A stretch of DNA of 64,000 bases, from the NCBI GenBank assembly GCA_016866475.1, contig VGMF01000001.1:332481-396480 (forward strand), written 5' to 3'. The DNA comes from Chlamydiota bacterium. GTDB taxonomy: Bacteria; Chlamydiota; Chlamydiia; Chlamydiales; RGXB01. This document shows, one piece after another, positions 49,535-57,973 of the stretch; the first letter of the stretch is position 1, and each line of letters begins with the position of its first letter. The notes beneath the pieces were generated by a model that was given only the letters and a program-made list of their open reading frames with translations, ran no database searches and was not told where the DNA came from. The position numbers were made by a program, and so were the translations under genes.

Positions 49535-50754
49535 ATATCCATCACTTGGCATAACCATGGCTCCACCTCCCAAAGGCGATTTATATTGGACCCTTTCACA
49601 AAAACGGTGTCCGTGTTCTTGATTTCTTGAAAAATAAGCGGCATCAATTCCTCAACGGATTGCACCCAAAAGACCTGTTTTCCTAACGTTTGCAAAAGGG
49701 CGACGGCCCCTTTTAGATTTTGCCCGACACAAAAAGCAATATCAAAAAGAGGGTGTAGATCATGAGCGAGCTCTGTGTGCTTTTCATAGGCATCAGGGCC
49801 CAAAGCAGCCATTTGGCCTAGGATAGCAACTTTGCGCCCTTTATGGGGAAAAGTTTGTAACATCCTGAAAAAAAACCTCATTGTGCTGGGATTAGCGTTG
49901 TAACAATCCAACATCACCGTCCCATAAGGGTATTCTTTTTTTTCAAATCTCCATTTGGGGGGGTCAAATGGGACAAAATCGGCAGAAATAGCGAGCAAAA
50001 CTGCTAACTTTTGCACCAAATCCCGGATATCGGAGAATAATTCCTTGTCCATAGAGTCGTAAACCCCAATTTGCGTTCCGGGATAGTTCTGTTCTTTATA
50101 ATACTCTTGACAGCTGGCATGCACAAAAAGATAGCGGGTGATTCCGGGGACGACTATTTTCCCTTTTTCATAGGCGATTTTTTCCAAAGAATACAGCGTT
50201 TCCAAATGGGCTTCTGCAATCCTTGTGACTACGGCAACATCAGGTTTTGCGATTCTTACCAGTTGTTCCATATCTCCCGGATTTTCTATCCCCATTTCTA
50301 AAATAACATAGGGCTCGCCTTGGTATGAATTCAGAATCGCTAAAGGCAATCCAACCTGGGAATTTTGATTTCCAGGGGTTTTAAAAACCGAAACCTTTTC
50401 AGAAAATGCCTGGGCTAACCCCTCTTTGGTGGTCGTTTTTGCATACGATCCCGTCACGCCTATAATGAAAGGTTTATGGGATCCGATTTTTGTTTGTGCC
50501 ATTTCTTGCAAAATAGCGAGCGGATCTTCGACATAGATAAGTTCAAGTCCGAAAGAATCTCCCGTGTAGCTTTTTGACACGTACGCTCTTTTTGCCCCTT
50601 TGACAAAAGCCTCTTTCAAGTAAAAATGGCCATCTGTTTTTACACCCTTAAGCGCAAAAAAAACGGACCCCTTTTGTACAAGACGGCTATCTACTGCATA
50701 TTTGGCTGAGGTCATAGATGCATACAAGGTAAACCCTTTTTTTTTATAAATCAA
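49531..50754 (-). CDS. murF: UDP-MurNAc-tripeptide--D-Ala-D-Ala ligase with an atypical P-loop
   Basis: Contains DSRLVQKGSVFFALKGVKTDGHFY at the N-terminus and the P-loop GVTGSYAKTTT. The TTG start at 50754 is uncertain; the internal ATG at MTSAKY is an alternative. Confidence 0.8.
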   Translation of the reverse strand: MIYKKKGFTLYASMTSAKYAVDSRLVQKGSVFFALKGVKTDGHFYLKEAFVKGAKRAYVSKSYTGDSFGLELIYVEDPLAILQEMAQTKIGSHKPFIIGVTGSYAKTTTKEGLAQAFSEKVSVFKTPGNQNSQVGLPLAILNSYQGEPYVILEMGIENPGDMEQLVRIAKPDVAVVTRIAEAHLETLYSLEKIAYEKGKIVVPGITRYLFVHASCQEYYKEQNYPGTQIGVYDSMDKELFSDIRDLVQKLAVLLAISADFVPFDPPKWRFEKKEYPYGTVMLDCYNANPSTMRFFFRMLQTFPHKGRKVAILGQMAALGPDAYEKHTELAHDLHPLFDIAFCVGQNLKGAVALLQTLGKQVFWVQSVEELMPLIFQEIKNTDTVFVKGSNINRLWEVEPWLCQVMDI

Positions 50755-50868
50755 GCTGCCCTCGCTTCCATTTAACCGGTAGAGGAGCCTTCCGATATTA
50801 AAACCCCTCCTTGCGGGAAATAGAAAAATTCCCTAGAACGAAAAAAAAATCATGTTTAAGAGTGTTCG

Positions 50869-51966
50869 ATGGAAAATGACAAAAAAAAGCTCGTTCTTAT
50901 TACCGGCGCCGGCGGTAGGATAGGCAAATCAATTATTAAAAGGATTGCCGACCAATATAAGGTAATCGGTTTTGATCGCTCAAGCGCTATTTTTTACTCA
51001 GAAGACGAAGAGATCATTCCCTTGGACGTTTCCAATCGGGAGTCTATGATCTCAACTCTGCACAACATCAGAACAAAACATGGGACAAAGATCCATTGCG
51101 TGATCCACCTTGCGGCCTACTATAGCTTTGGGGGGGATTCCTCTTTCAAAAAATACCAGAAAATCACCGTCGAAGGGACACGTCTCCTTTTACAGCTTTT
51201 GCAGAGTTTTGAAGTTGATCAGTTTATCTTTTCCAGCACCATGCTCGTGCACAAAGAGGTAGCCGTCGGTAAAAAGATCAAAGAGGAGGATCCCCTTTGC
51301 CCGTATTGGAACTACCCGAAATCGAAAATCATCACCGAATCGGTGATCCAGGAAGAGCGCGGATCGATCAAACAGGTTACAATTATCCGGATGTCGGGAA
51401 TCTATGACGATCAGTTTCACTCTATTCCGCTATCTACACAGTTGCAAAGGATTATGGAAAAACAGCTTTTGGCCTTTTTCTACCCCGGAAAAAGGACCCA
51501 TGGCAACCCTTTCCTCCACATGGATGATTTGGTCAATCTGTTCATTTTATGCATCGAAAAAGCGTCCACTCTGCCAAGCTTTTTGACATTGCTTGCTGCC
51601 GAAGACAAATCCTTTTCCTACATAGAGTTGCACGAAAGAATGAGCAAGGCCCTTTTCGGATTCAAATATCCCCTTTTCTGGGTTCCAAAATTTGCCGCGA
51701 AGATTGGGAGCTTTTTTCTGCTAAATTCTTTTATAAAACCATTTATGATCGACATTGCCGACCTGCACTATGATTGCGACTGCAGCAAATCAAAAACCTT
51801 TTTAGGCTGGAAGCCTCAAAATTCCCTGGATAAAAAACTTGAACAGATGATTTCCTGGGCAAAAACTAATAAGCGGGATTTTTATCGTGAAAATAACCTG
51901 ATCGTCCCTAAATATCTAGAAAGAGAATGGAGTAAGGAAGATGCTCAAAAAAAACCTTCTCGCTAA
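50869..51966 (+). CDS. NAD-dependent epimerase/dehydratase family (extended SDR) protein
   Basis: Contains the LITGAGGRIG Rossmann motif and the YPKSK (YxxxK) catalytic motif. Confidence 0.75.
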   Translation: MENDKKKLVLITGAGGRIGKSIIKRIADQYKVIGFDRSSAIFYSEDEEIIPLDVSNRESMISTLHNIRTKHGTKIHCVIHLAAYYSFGGDSSFKKYQKITVEGTRLLLQLLQSFEVDQFIFSSTMLVHKEVAVGKKIKEEDPLCPYWNYPKSKIITESVIQEERGSIKQVTIIRMSGIYDDQFHSIPLSTQLQRIMEKQLLAFFYPGKRTHGNPFLHMDDLVNLFILCIEKASTLPSFLTLLAAEDKSFSYIELHERMSKALFGFKYPLFWVPKFAAKIGSFFLLNSFIKPFMIDIADLHYDCDCSKSKTFLGWKPQNSLDKKLEQMISWAKTNKRDFYRENNLIVPKYLEREWSKEDAQKKPSR

Positions 51967-53233
51967 GGAAGAACAAAAACGTCTTTGGTATTTTTTAGTC
52001 ACCCTTTTCATGGGCTTTTGGCTTTTGTTTACGGTAGACATGCTAGGTATCGACCAACCGGAGATTATTTATAGCGACCGGATTTGCGGCGGTCTAGTGA
52101 TCCTTTTTTCCCTTTTTTCTCTTAAGGGATCCGCTATTTCCCCCTGGGTCATCGCTTTTGTGGGTGTGTATCTGCAACTGGCCCCGATGCTTTTTTGGGC
52201 CAAGGACCCCCAAGCCTATCTGAACGACACCGTTTCGGGAATTATATGCATCCTATTTGCGCTCATCTTCCCGGGTATAAAAGGGATTCAAGATGAAGAC
52301 AAAGGGCAGATTCCCAAGGATTGGAGCTACAACCCCTCCTCATGGGTGCAAAGATTCCCCATCTTGGTTTTTGGAACTATTGGATGGTTTGCAGCACGAC
52401 TTATGTGCGCCTATCAACTTGGTTACATAAACTCTATTTGGGATCCGTTCTTTGTAGATGGGACAGAAAAAGTGATCACATCCAACGTATCGAAAGCTTT
52501 TCCTTTGCCTGATGCTGGACTAGGGGCTTTGGCCTACTCTCTAGAGGTTCTTTTAGGCCTCAAAGGGCGTACCGCAAGATGGCGCACCATGCCCTGGCTT
52601 GTGGTTGGATTCTCTTTTTTGGTAGTGCCTCTCGGATTGGTGAGCATAGTCCTTGTGATTTTGCAACCTTTAATTGTGGGCGCCTGGTGCAGCCTTTGCC
52701 TTTTGGCTGCTTTTTGCATGCTCTTGATGTGTACTTTAACCCTTGATGAAGTGGTTGCCGTGACTCAGCTTTTAATGCGCGCGTATAAAGAGGGGCATTT
52801 TTTAAAGACGTTCTTTAAAGGGACCTTCCCGGATGGTGCCACCGATGATCCCGATGCGGATAAATTTCCCCCGCCATTCAAAGAATTTTGTTTAGGGATG
52901 CTGCGCGGTGTGACATTCCAACCCTACCTTATTGGAGCTGCACTCGTGGGCGCTTTCTTCATGTTTGCCCCCTTCCTCTTCCAATTCGAGGGGATGTTAA
53001 GCAATTTTTCCCACACGTTTGGAGCGCTTGTTATCGTGGTTTCGATTCTAAGTATGGCGGAAGTAGCGCGTAGCGTACGCAAGTGCAACTACGCTTTAGC
53101 CTTGATTTTAGCGATAGGGACCCTTTGGTCAGGGATCGATCTTATCACTATGGGTATCCTTTTATTAGGATGTATCGGGCTGGTATTTTTGTCTTTTCCA
53201 GTGGGCAAACTTAAAGAGAGCTACGGATTTTAA
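51941..53233 (+). CDS. polytopic membrane protein with a VKOR-like core (CxxC retained) and an SPW-type N-terminal segment
   Basis: SNVSKAFPLPDAGLGALAYSLE resembles the VKOR loop/TM2 block. WCSLCLL supplies a CxxC in a TM helix, and AISPWVIAF resembles an SPW repeat. It overlaps the SDR gene by 26 nt. Confidence 0.45.
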   Translation: MLKKNLLAKEEQKRLWYFLVTLFMGFWLLFTVDMLGIDQPEIIYSDRICGGLVILFSLFSLKGSAISPWVIAFVGVYLQLAPMLFWAKDPQAYLNDTVSGIICILFALIFPGIKGIQDEDKGQIPKDWSYNPSSWVQRFPILVFGTIGWFAARLMCAYQLGYINSIWDPFFVDGTEKVITSNVSKAFPLPDAGLGALAYSLEVLLGLKGRTARWRTMPWLVVGFSFLVVPLGLVSIVLVILQPLIVGAWCSLCLLAAFCMLLMCTLTLDEVVAVTQLLMRAYKEGHFLKTFFKGTFPDGATDDPDADKFPPPFKEFCLGMLRGVTFQPYLIGAALVGAFFMFAPFLFQFEGMLSNFSHTFGALVIVVSILSMAEVARSVRKCNYALALILAIGTLWSGIDLITMGILLLGCIGLVFLSFPVGKLKESYGF

Positions 53234-53386
53234 AAATTCGTAAGTCCTGTTCATAAGGGTCCTCTTTAGTCGTCTTCCCGATTTTTTTTCGAGACAAAAA
53301 AAAGGGCTATGGGATACTATCATTTCGATTTTATCCCTAAAATCCTCTTATAAACCTATAAGTTCAATTTTCTTAAGGTTTTTCAG

Positions 53387-53458
<72 letters not shown>

Positions 53459-53599
53459 TTTTAGTAGAGGTTCTAAAGTGATTTTGGACCTCTTCAACAA
53501 ATGCCCCGGGGATGAAATAAGACAAAAGCCACCTATTTCTCATCCCATCCTTTCCACCGTATCTCATTGGCGACAAATCAAAAAGCTGTAGAGGTTTTT

Positions 53600-54400
53600 A
53601 TGCTTTATCTTGTTGCAACTCCCATAGGAAATCTTAAGGACATCACCCTAAGGGCCCTTGAAGTATTAAAGTCCGCTGACCTGATTTTATGTGAAGACAC
53701 GCGCCATTCGGGCCATTTCCTGCGCCACTACGAGATTGAGGCTCCCCTCATTTCCTATGAGCAGTTTTCTGAAAAAACAAAGCTGAACAAAATCATCTCG
53801 ACACTCAAGGAAGGGAAACATGTAGCCCTAATCAGCGATGCCGGCACCCCTGCAGTTTGTGATCCGGGGGCCCTTTTAGTCAAAACCTGTATTGAAGAAA
53901 ATATTGCTGTCACGTCTTTACCAGGCCCTGCAGCGCCCGTAGTGGCCTATTCCCTCTTGGGAACCATGAAACCCTTCCAATTTTTAGGCTTTTTTCCAAA
54001 AAAAGGGGGGGAGCAAGCCCTCTTGTTTGACAGGATTGCATCCTATGATGGGGTTACCCTTTTTTTTGAAAGCCCTCACAGAATTACCGAAACCATTAAA
54101 AAAATCCCTTATGAGTGCCGTATTACCCTTTTTCGAGAACTTACAAAAAAATTCGAAGAGGTCATCCGGGGCTCAAAAGAGGAAATTTTGAAGGTTTTGG
54201 CTCAAAGAGAACAACTAGGAGAGCTAGTCGTAGCGATTGAACCAGAAGCTTTAAAAAGTAAAGACCAAGAGGCGTTCGCATTTGCAAAAGATTTGATACA
54301 AAAACATGCCCTTAGTCTAAGCACTGCTGCAAAAATTGCAGCAGACTATTTCGAGGTCAAAAAACAGCCGCTTTATGAAAAGCTCCACAAGGCTATCTAA
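53600..54400 (+). CDS. rsmI: 16S rRNA (cytidine1402-2'-O)-methyltransferase
   Basis: LYLVATPIGNLKDITLRALEVLKSADLILCEDTRHS is the canonical RsmI N-terminus. The start is set at ATG 53600. Confidence 0.85.
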   Translation: MLYLVATPIGNLKDITLRALEVLKSADLILCEDTRHSGHFLRHYEIEAPLISYEQFSEKTKLNKIISTLKEGKHVALISDAGTPAVCDPGALLVKTCIEENIAVTSLPGPAAPVVAYSLLGTMKPFQFLGFFPKKGGEQALLFDRIASYDGVTLFFESPHRITETIKKIPYECRITLFRELTKKFEEVIRGSKEEILKVLAQREQLGELVVAIEPEALKSKDQEAFAFAKDLIQKHALSLSTAAKIAADYFEVKKQPLYEKLHKAI

Positions 54401-54639
54401 ACCCTGCGGTCCCGACCCTTATTTTTCATCCCCATAGGTGAACCGTGGATCGGGCGTCTTTCTTGAACCTTTTCGGTACTATCTTGTGCGCCATGGTGCC
54501 TTTTGTCACCCATGTTTTTATGATGGGTATCCATGTGCCCTTCTTTCATCTGCCCCATCCTTTGCGGGTTGAGCTCTTTTTGCCCCTCTTTCATCCACTT
54601 TGACATGCTGGATTTGAATTCTTTCATATTTTTACTCAC
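54397..54639 (-). CDS. small Met/His/Lys-rich hypothetical protein
   Basis: The 80-codon ORF fills an otherwise empty 350-bp gap. It has 10 Met and 6 His residues (HMDTHHKNMGDKRHHG). The start is GTG, or the ATG 4 codons in. It has no signal peptide. Confidence 0.4.
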   Translation of the reverse strand: MSKNMKEFKSSMSKWMKEGQKELNPQRMGQMKEGHMDTHHKNMGDKRHHGAQDSTEKVQERRPIHGSPMGMKNKGRDRRV

Positions 54640-54691
54640 TGAATTTCAATCTCATAAGCTTTAACGTTCTGGCAAGCTCATTTAATAAATG

Positions 54692-54727
54692 AATAAACTA
54701 TTTTAAATTAAAGTAAAATAGTTTATT
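54692..54727. promoter_or_regulatory. perfect 14-bp inverted repeat in a divergent promoter region (candidate operator)
   Basis: AATAAACTATTTTA-N8-TAAAATAGTTTATT lies between the divergent ORFs 54397-54639 (-) and 54755-55156 (+). Confidence 0.4.
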
Positions 54728-54754
54728 TAAAAAGTTATAAAAGAGGTTATAGAA

Positions 54755-55156
54755 ATGCCCCGCAAAACTCATCGTCAAGAGCACACCCGTCAAAAGGCTA
54801 TACGCTCCGGTATGAAGGCCGAATCCAAACTCCCCTTCACAGACGATGAAGAATTCGTGGTAACCGAGGAGATTTTACCTTACATTCTTACCCACTTTTT
54901 CCCTCAGGATAAGCAAAAACAGATCCGCCGTTTTATCCACGATCTGAAAGCCGACAAAAAAAAGAGGGCTAAAAAACACTCCAAGAGGGCCGATTCCCTC
55001 CAGGAGATCGGCTGCTATAGAGATGAGCATCCACTGCATAACACTCATACCAAGATTCTCAAAAATCGCCAAGCCAGCAGTATGGCCCGCTCAAAGAAAC
55101 TGACCAAATCGATGACTATCCACAAGCAAGAGAATTTTGGGAAAAAAAAGAGATAA
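54755..55156 (+). CDS. highly basic hypothetical protein
   Basis: The 133-aa ORF has an ATG preceded by AAGAGG at about -8. Lys or Arg makes up 34 of its 133 residues, with KKKRAKKHSKR and terminal GKKKR clusters. Confidence 0.55.
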   Translation: MPRKTHRQEHTRQKAIRSGMKAESKLPFTDDEEFVVTEEILPYILTHFFPQDKQKQIRRFIHDLKADKKKRAKKHSKRADSLQEIGCYRDEHPLHNTHTKILKNRQASSMARSKKLTKSMTIHKQENFGKKKR

Positions 55157-55199
55157 CTTTTCTTGATTTACCTTAAAGGTATGGGGCAATATAGAGGGC

Positions 55200-56033
55200 A
55201 TGATCCGTATTGCCCATATCAGCGACCTCCATTTTTTTTCTTTACCCAAAACTCTAAAAGGTTTTCTTGGTAAAAATGGGGTAGGGGTTTTAAACCACCT
55301 CCTATTTAGAAAAAAATTTTTTCACTCCACCCTTTTCAAAAATCTCATCGCTGACATTCTCGAAAAGAATGTCCAAGAACTTTGGATTTCGGGCGATCTT
55401 AGCGTTTCTGGTCTTTTGGAGGAATTCATTTTAGCCAAAGAGGCCCTTTTTCCCCATCTTCCCCCTGTGCTTAAAATACGGGTGATTCCAGGCAATCACG
55501 ATGTACGGAGCAACTTGCAAAATCAAATAGCAAAACTTTTTTTAGATAAAGATTTTTGTGACCCGGTGGAAACTTACTCTCTCAATAAAGATTGGGATCT
55601 GATCACCCTTGACGCCTCCCATAATGGGCACAAAAGGGACTCGGGTCTTTTTAGCGAGTCTCTTGAAAAAATGTTTGAAAAACATATCACAGCATCGATC
55701 AAAGAGCGTATCGCTGTTTTATGCCACTACCCACCCCCAATTGCACAAGGCAAAAATAATCGTCTGGTAAGAGGAGAAGCATTGCAGCACCTCCTTTCAT
55801 CGCACCCAAAGATCGCGTTGTTTGCCCATGGGCACACCCACAATCAAACGCTCTTTCAACTCAAATCAACTCTAGTAACCAATCCGGGGATCTCCCGTGG
55901 CAGTTTTGGACGTTATAACTTTTATGAACTGGGGGCCAAGACTCTTAGAGTGGAATTGCGCTCTGTAGAAAAAAAGAACTCTTTGGAAGGCTGGTACAAT
56001 AAAAAGGCGATCTTTCAGGAGCTCCCCCTATGA
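55200..56033 (+). CDS. metallophosphoesterase (calcineurin-like) family protein
   Basis: Contains the HISDLH, SGDL, PGNHD and AHGHTH metal-binding motifs. Confidence 0.75.
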   Translation: MIRIAHISDLHFFSLPKTLKGFLGKNGVGVLNHLLFRKKFFHSTLFKNLIADILEKNVQELWISGDLSVSGLLEEFILAKEALFPHLPPVLKIRVIPGNHDVRSNLQNQIAKLFLDKDFCDPVETYSLNKDWDLITLDASHNGHKRDSGLFSESLEKMFEKHITASIKERIAVLCHYPPPIAQGKNNRLVRGEALQHLLSSHPKIALFAHGHTHNQTLFQLKSTLVTNPGISRGSFGRYNFYELGAKTLRVELRSVEKKNSLEGWYNKKAIFQELPL

Positions 56034-56437
56034 AGCCCTGGTATCTCGAGGGGGTCCATTTCAAATGCACGGGTTGCGGAAATTGCTGTGCTAAAGAGCC
56101 CGGGGCGGTATTTATCTCTATGGATGAGATCGAGCAACTCGCTACCTTTCTTGGTATGGAAAAAAAAGATTTTTTAGAGAAATATACCCGTAAGCTCCAT
56201 GGTAAAATTACCTTGAAAGAACACCCGAATTTTGATTGTGTTTTTCTTAAAGAGAATCGTTGTACGGTTTATCAACATAGACCCAAACAATGTAAAACGT
56301 ACCCATTTTGGCCCGAGTTAATGCGCTCAAAAAAAGGGTGGGATAGCGAAAAAACCCGTTGCGAAGGTTTAGATCACCCGGAAGGGGTCTTCCATAGCTT
56401 CGAAGAGATTCGAAAAAAAATGGAAGAGGCTTATTAG
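56030..56437 (+). CDS. YkgJ-type cysteine-cluster protein
   Basis: Contains CTGCGNCC (CxxCxxCC) plus downstream Cys residues. Its ATG overlaps the preceding stop (ATGA). Confidence 0.65.
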   Translation: MKPWYLEGVHFKCTGCGNCCAKEPGAVFISMDEIEQLATFLGMEKKDFLEKYTRKLHGKITLKEHPNFDCVFLKENRCTVYQHRPKQCKTYPFWPELMRSKKGWDSEKTRCEGLDHPEGVFHSFEEIRKKMEEAY

Positions 56438-56494
56438 ATAAATCTTTTATTTAGATTTCTTTAAAAATAATTGCCGTGTTGATAAAGGCTAAAT

Positions 56495-57964
56495 ATGCGT
56501 AGAATCCCTTTAGTCCCTTTTGGAACAGCCGGATTTCGGGGCCCTATGAAGGAGGGTCTTGACGGACTGAATCTTGAAACCGTATTGAAATTCGCCCAGG
56601 CGGCGGCTTTGACCCTAAAGGACTCCTCTTCAAAAAAATTTGTGATCTCCTATGACTGTAGACACCATTCAAAAGAGTTTGCCCACGCTGTAGCCCAAGT
56701 TTTTAGCGGGAACGGATTTGAGGTGCATATCACCGATACCTTGATGCCGACCCCCTACCTCTCGTTTCTTTGCCACCATTTGGAAGCGGCCGGTGGAGTG
56801 ATGATCACAGCGTCTCACAATCCCTCCCATGATAACGGATTTAAAATTTACGAAAATTATGGCGGCCAGTTTTTAGCTCACGAGAAACAATTGCTCGCAT
56901 CCTTAAAACAATCGGATCCAATCCGGATCTCTTTTGAAAACATCCACTTTGTAGATAAAAAAAACGTGGACGCCTATTTTCAAATTGTCTCAAAAGTTCT
57001 CCCAAGCCCTTTTGATCCATCCAGAAAAGAGCTAAAAATTGTCTACTCCCCCTTTAGCGGGTGCGGTTCCACAGTCATCCCGGAGTTTTTACGGCGGACC
57101 GGATTTTCCTCCTGCTACCTTGTTGACAAACAGCTTCCTGTAGATCCCGACTTTGCCGGGTTTAAAAAACCCAATCCCGAAGATCCCCAAAATCTTTTTC
57201 TTCTAAAAGAGATGATGGTTGATTTGGATGCTGATTTGGGGATTGCAACTGATCCTGATGCTGACAGAATAGCTTTTGTCGATCGCCATTCGGTGTTTAC
57301 CGGCAATAGAATTGGGGCTATTGTGCTTGAATCTCTTTTGCAAGAGGGAAAACAGGGCGATGTGCACACTTCGTATGTTTCGACGAATCTTGTGGATGCG
57401 ATCGCACAAAAATATGGGCGCAAGGTACACCGGTATAAAACAGGATTTCGCTACATATCCGAGGCTCTTTACAAAAAACCCGAGGAATTTTTGATGGGTT
57501 TTGAAGAATCCATCGGTTACTTGATGGTGAAAGGGGGATCTTTGGATAAAGACTCCCCCCATATGGCTCTTTATGTGAGCCATCTTGCCCACCTGCTCAA
57601 AAAAAAGGGGAAATCCCTTACCGACTTCAGCATAGAACTCGATCAGCTCTACGGAATTTTTAGAGAAGATCAGGTGAGCATCGAATTGAAAGAGGGGCAA
57701 TTGGGGGCCGAGTTCGTAGACTCAAAAGTGCTTCAACACCCGCTTACGGAGCTTGGAGGGAAAAAAGTTCTTAAAAAAGGGGTCCATCCCGATATGAGAA
57801 TTGTTGTGATAGAGCTTGAAGCGCTCCAAATTCTTGTTAGACCCTCGGGCACAGAGCCCAAAGTGAAATTTTATCTCAAGCTAGGTCCATTTAAGGGAAC
57901 ACCGGATGAGGCAACCTCCTATTTGGCACTCATCAGCGCTTCTATTAAAAAAGCGTTTGGCTAA
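56495..57964 (+). CDS. phosphoglucomutase/phosphomannomutase family phosphosugar mutase
   Basis: Contains FGTAGFRG, ITASHNPSHDNGFK (catalytic Ser) and DPDADR (Mg site). Confidence 0.85.
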   Translation: MRRIPLVPFGTAGFRGPMKEGLDGLNLETVLKFAQAAALTLKDSSSKKFVISYDCRHHSKEFAHAVAQVFSGNGFEVHITDTLMPTPYLSFLCHHLEAAGGVMITASHNPSHDNGFKIYENYGGQFLAHEKQLLASLKQSDPIRISFENIHFVDKKNVDAYFQIVSKVLPSPFDPSRKELKIVYSPFSGCGSTVIPEFLRRTGFSSCYLVDKQLPVDPDFAGFKKPNPEDPQNLFLLKEMMVDLDADLGIATDPDADRIAFVDRHSVFTGNRIGAIVLESLLQEGKQGDVHTSYVSTNLVDAIAQKYGRKVHRYKTGFRYISEALYKKPEEFLMGFEESIGYLMVKGGSLDKDSPHMALYVSHLAHLLKKKGKSLTDFSIELDQLYGIFREDQVSIELKEGQLGAEFVDSKVLQHPLTELGGKKVLKKGVHPDMRIVVIELEALQILVRPSGTEPKVKFYLKLGPFKGTPDEATSYLALISASIKKAFG

Positions 57965-57973
57965 CAAGAGCGT

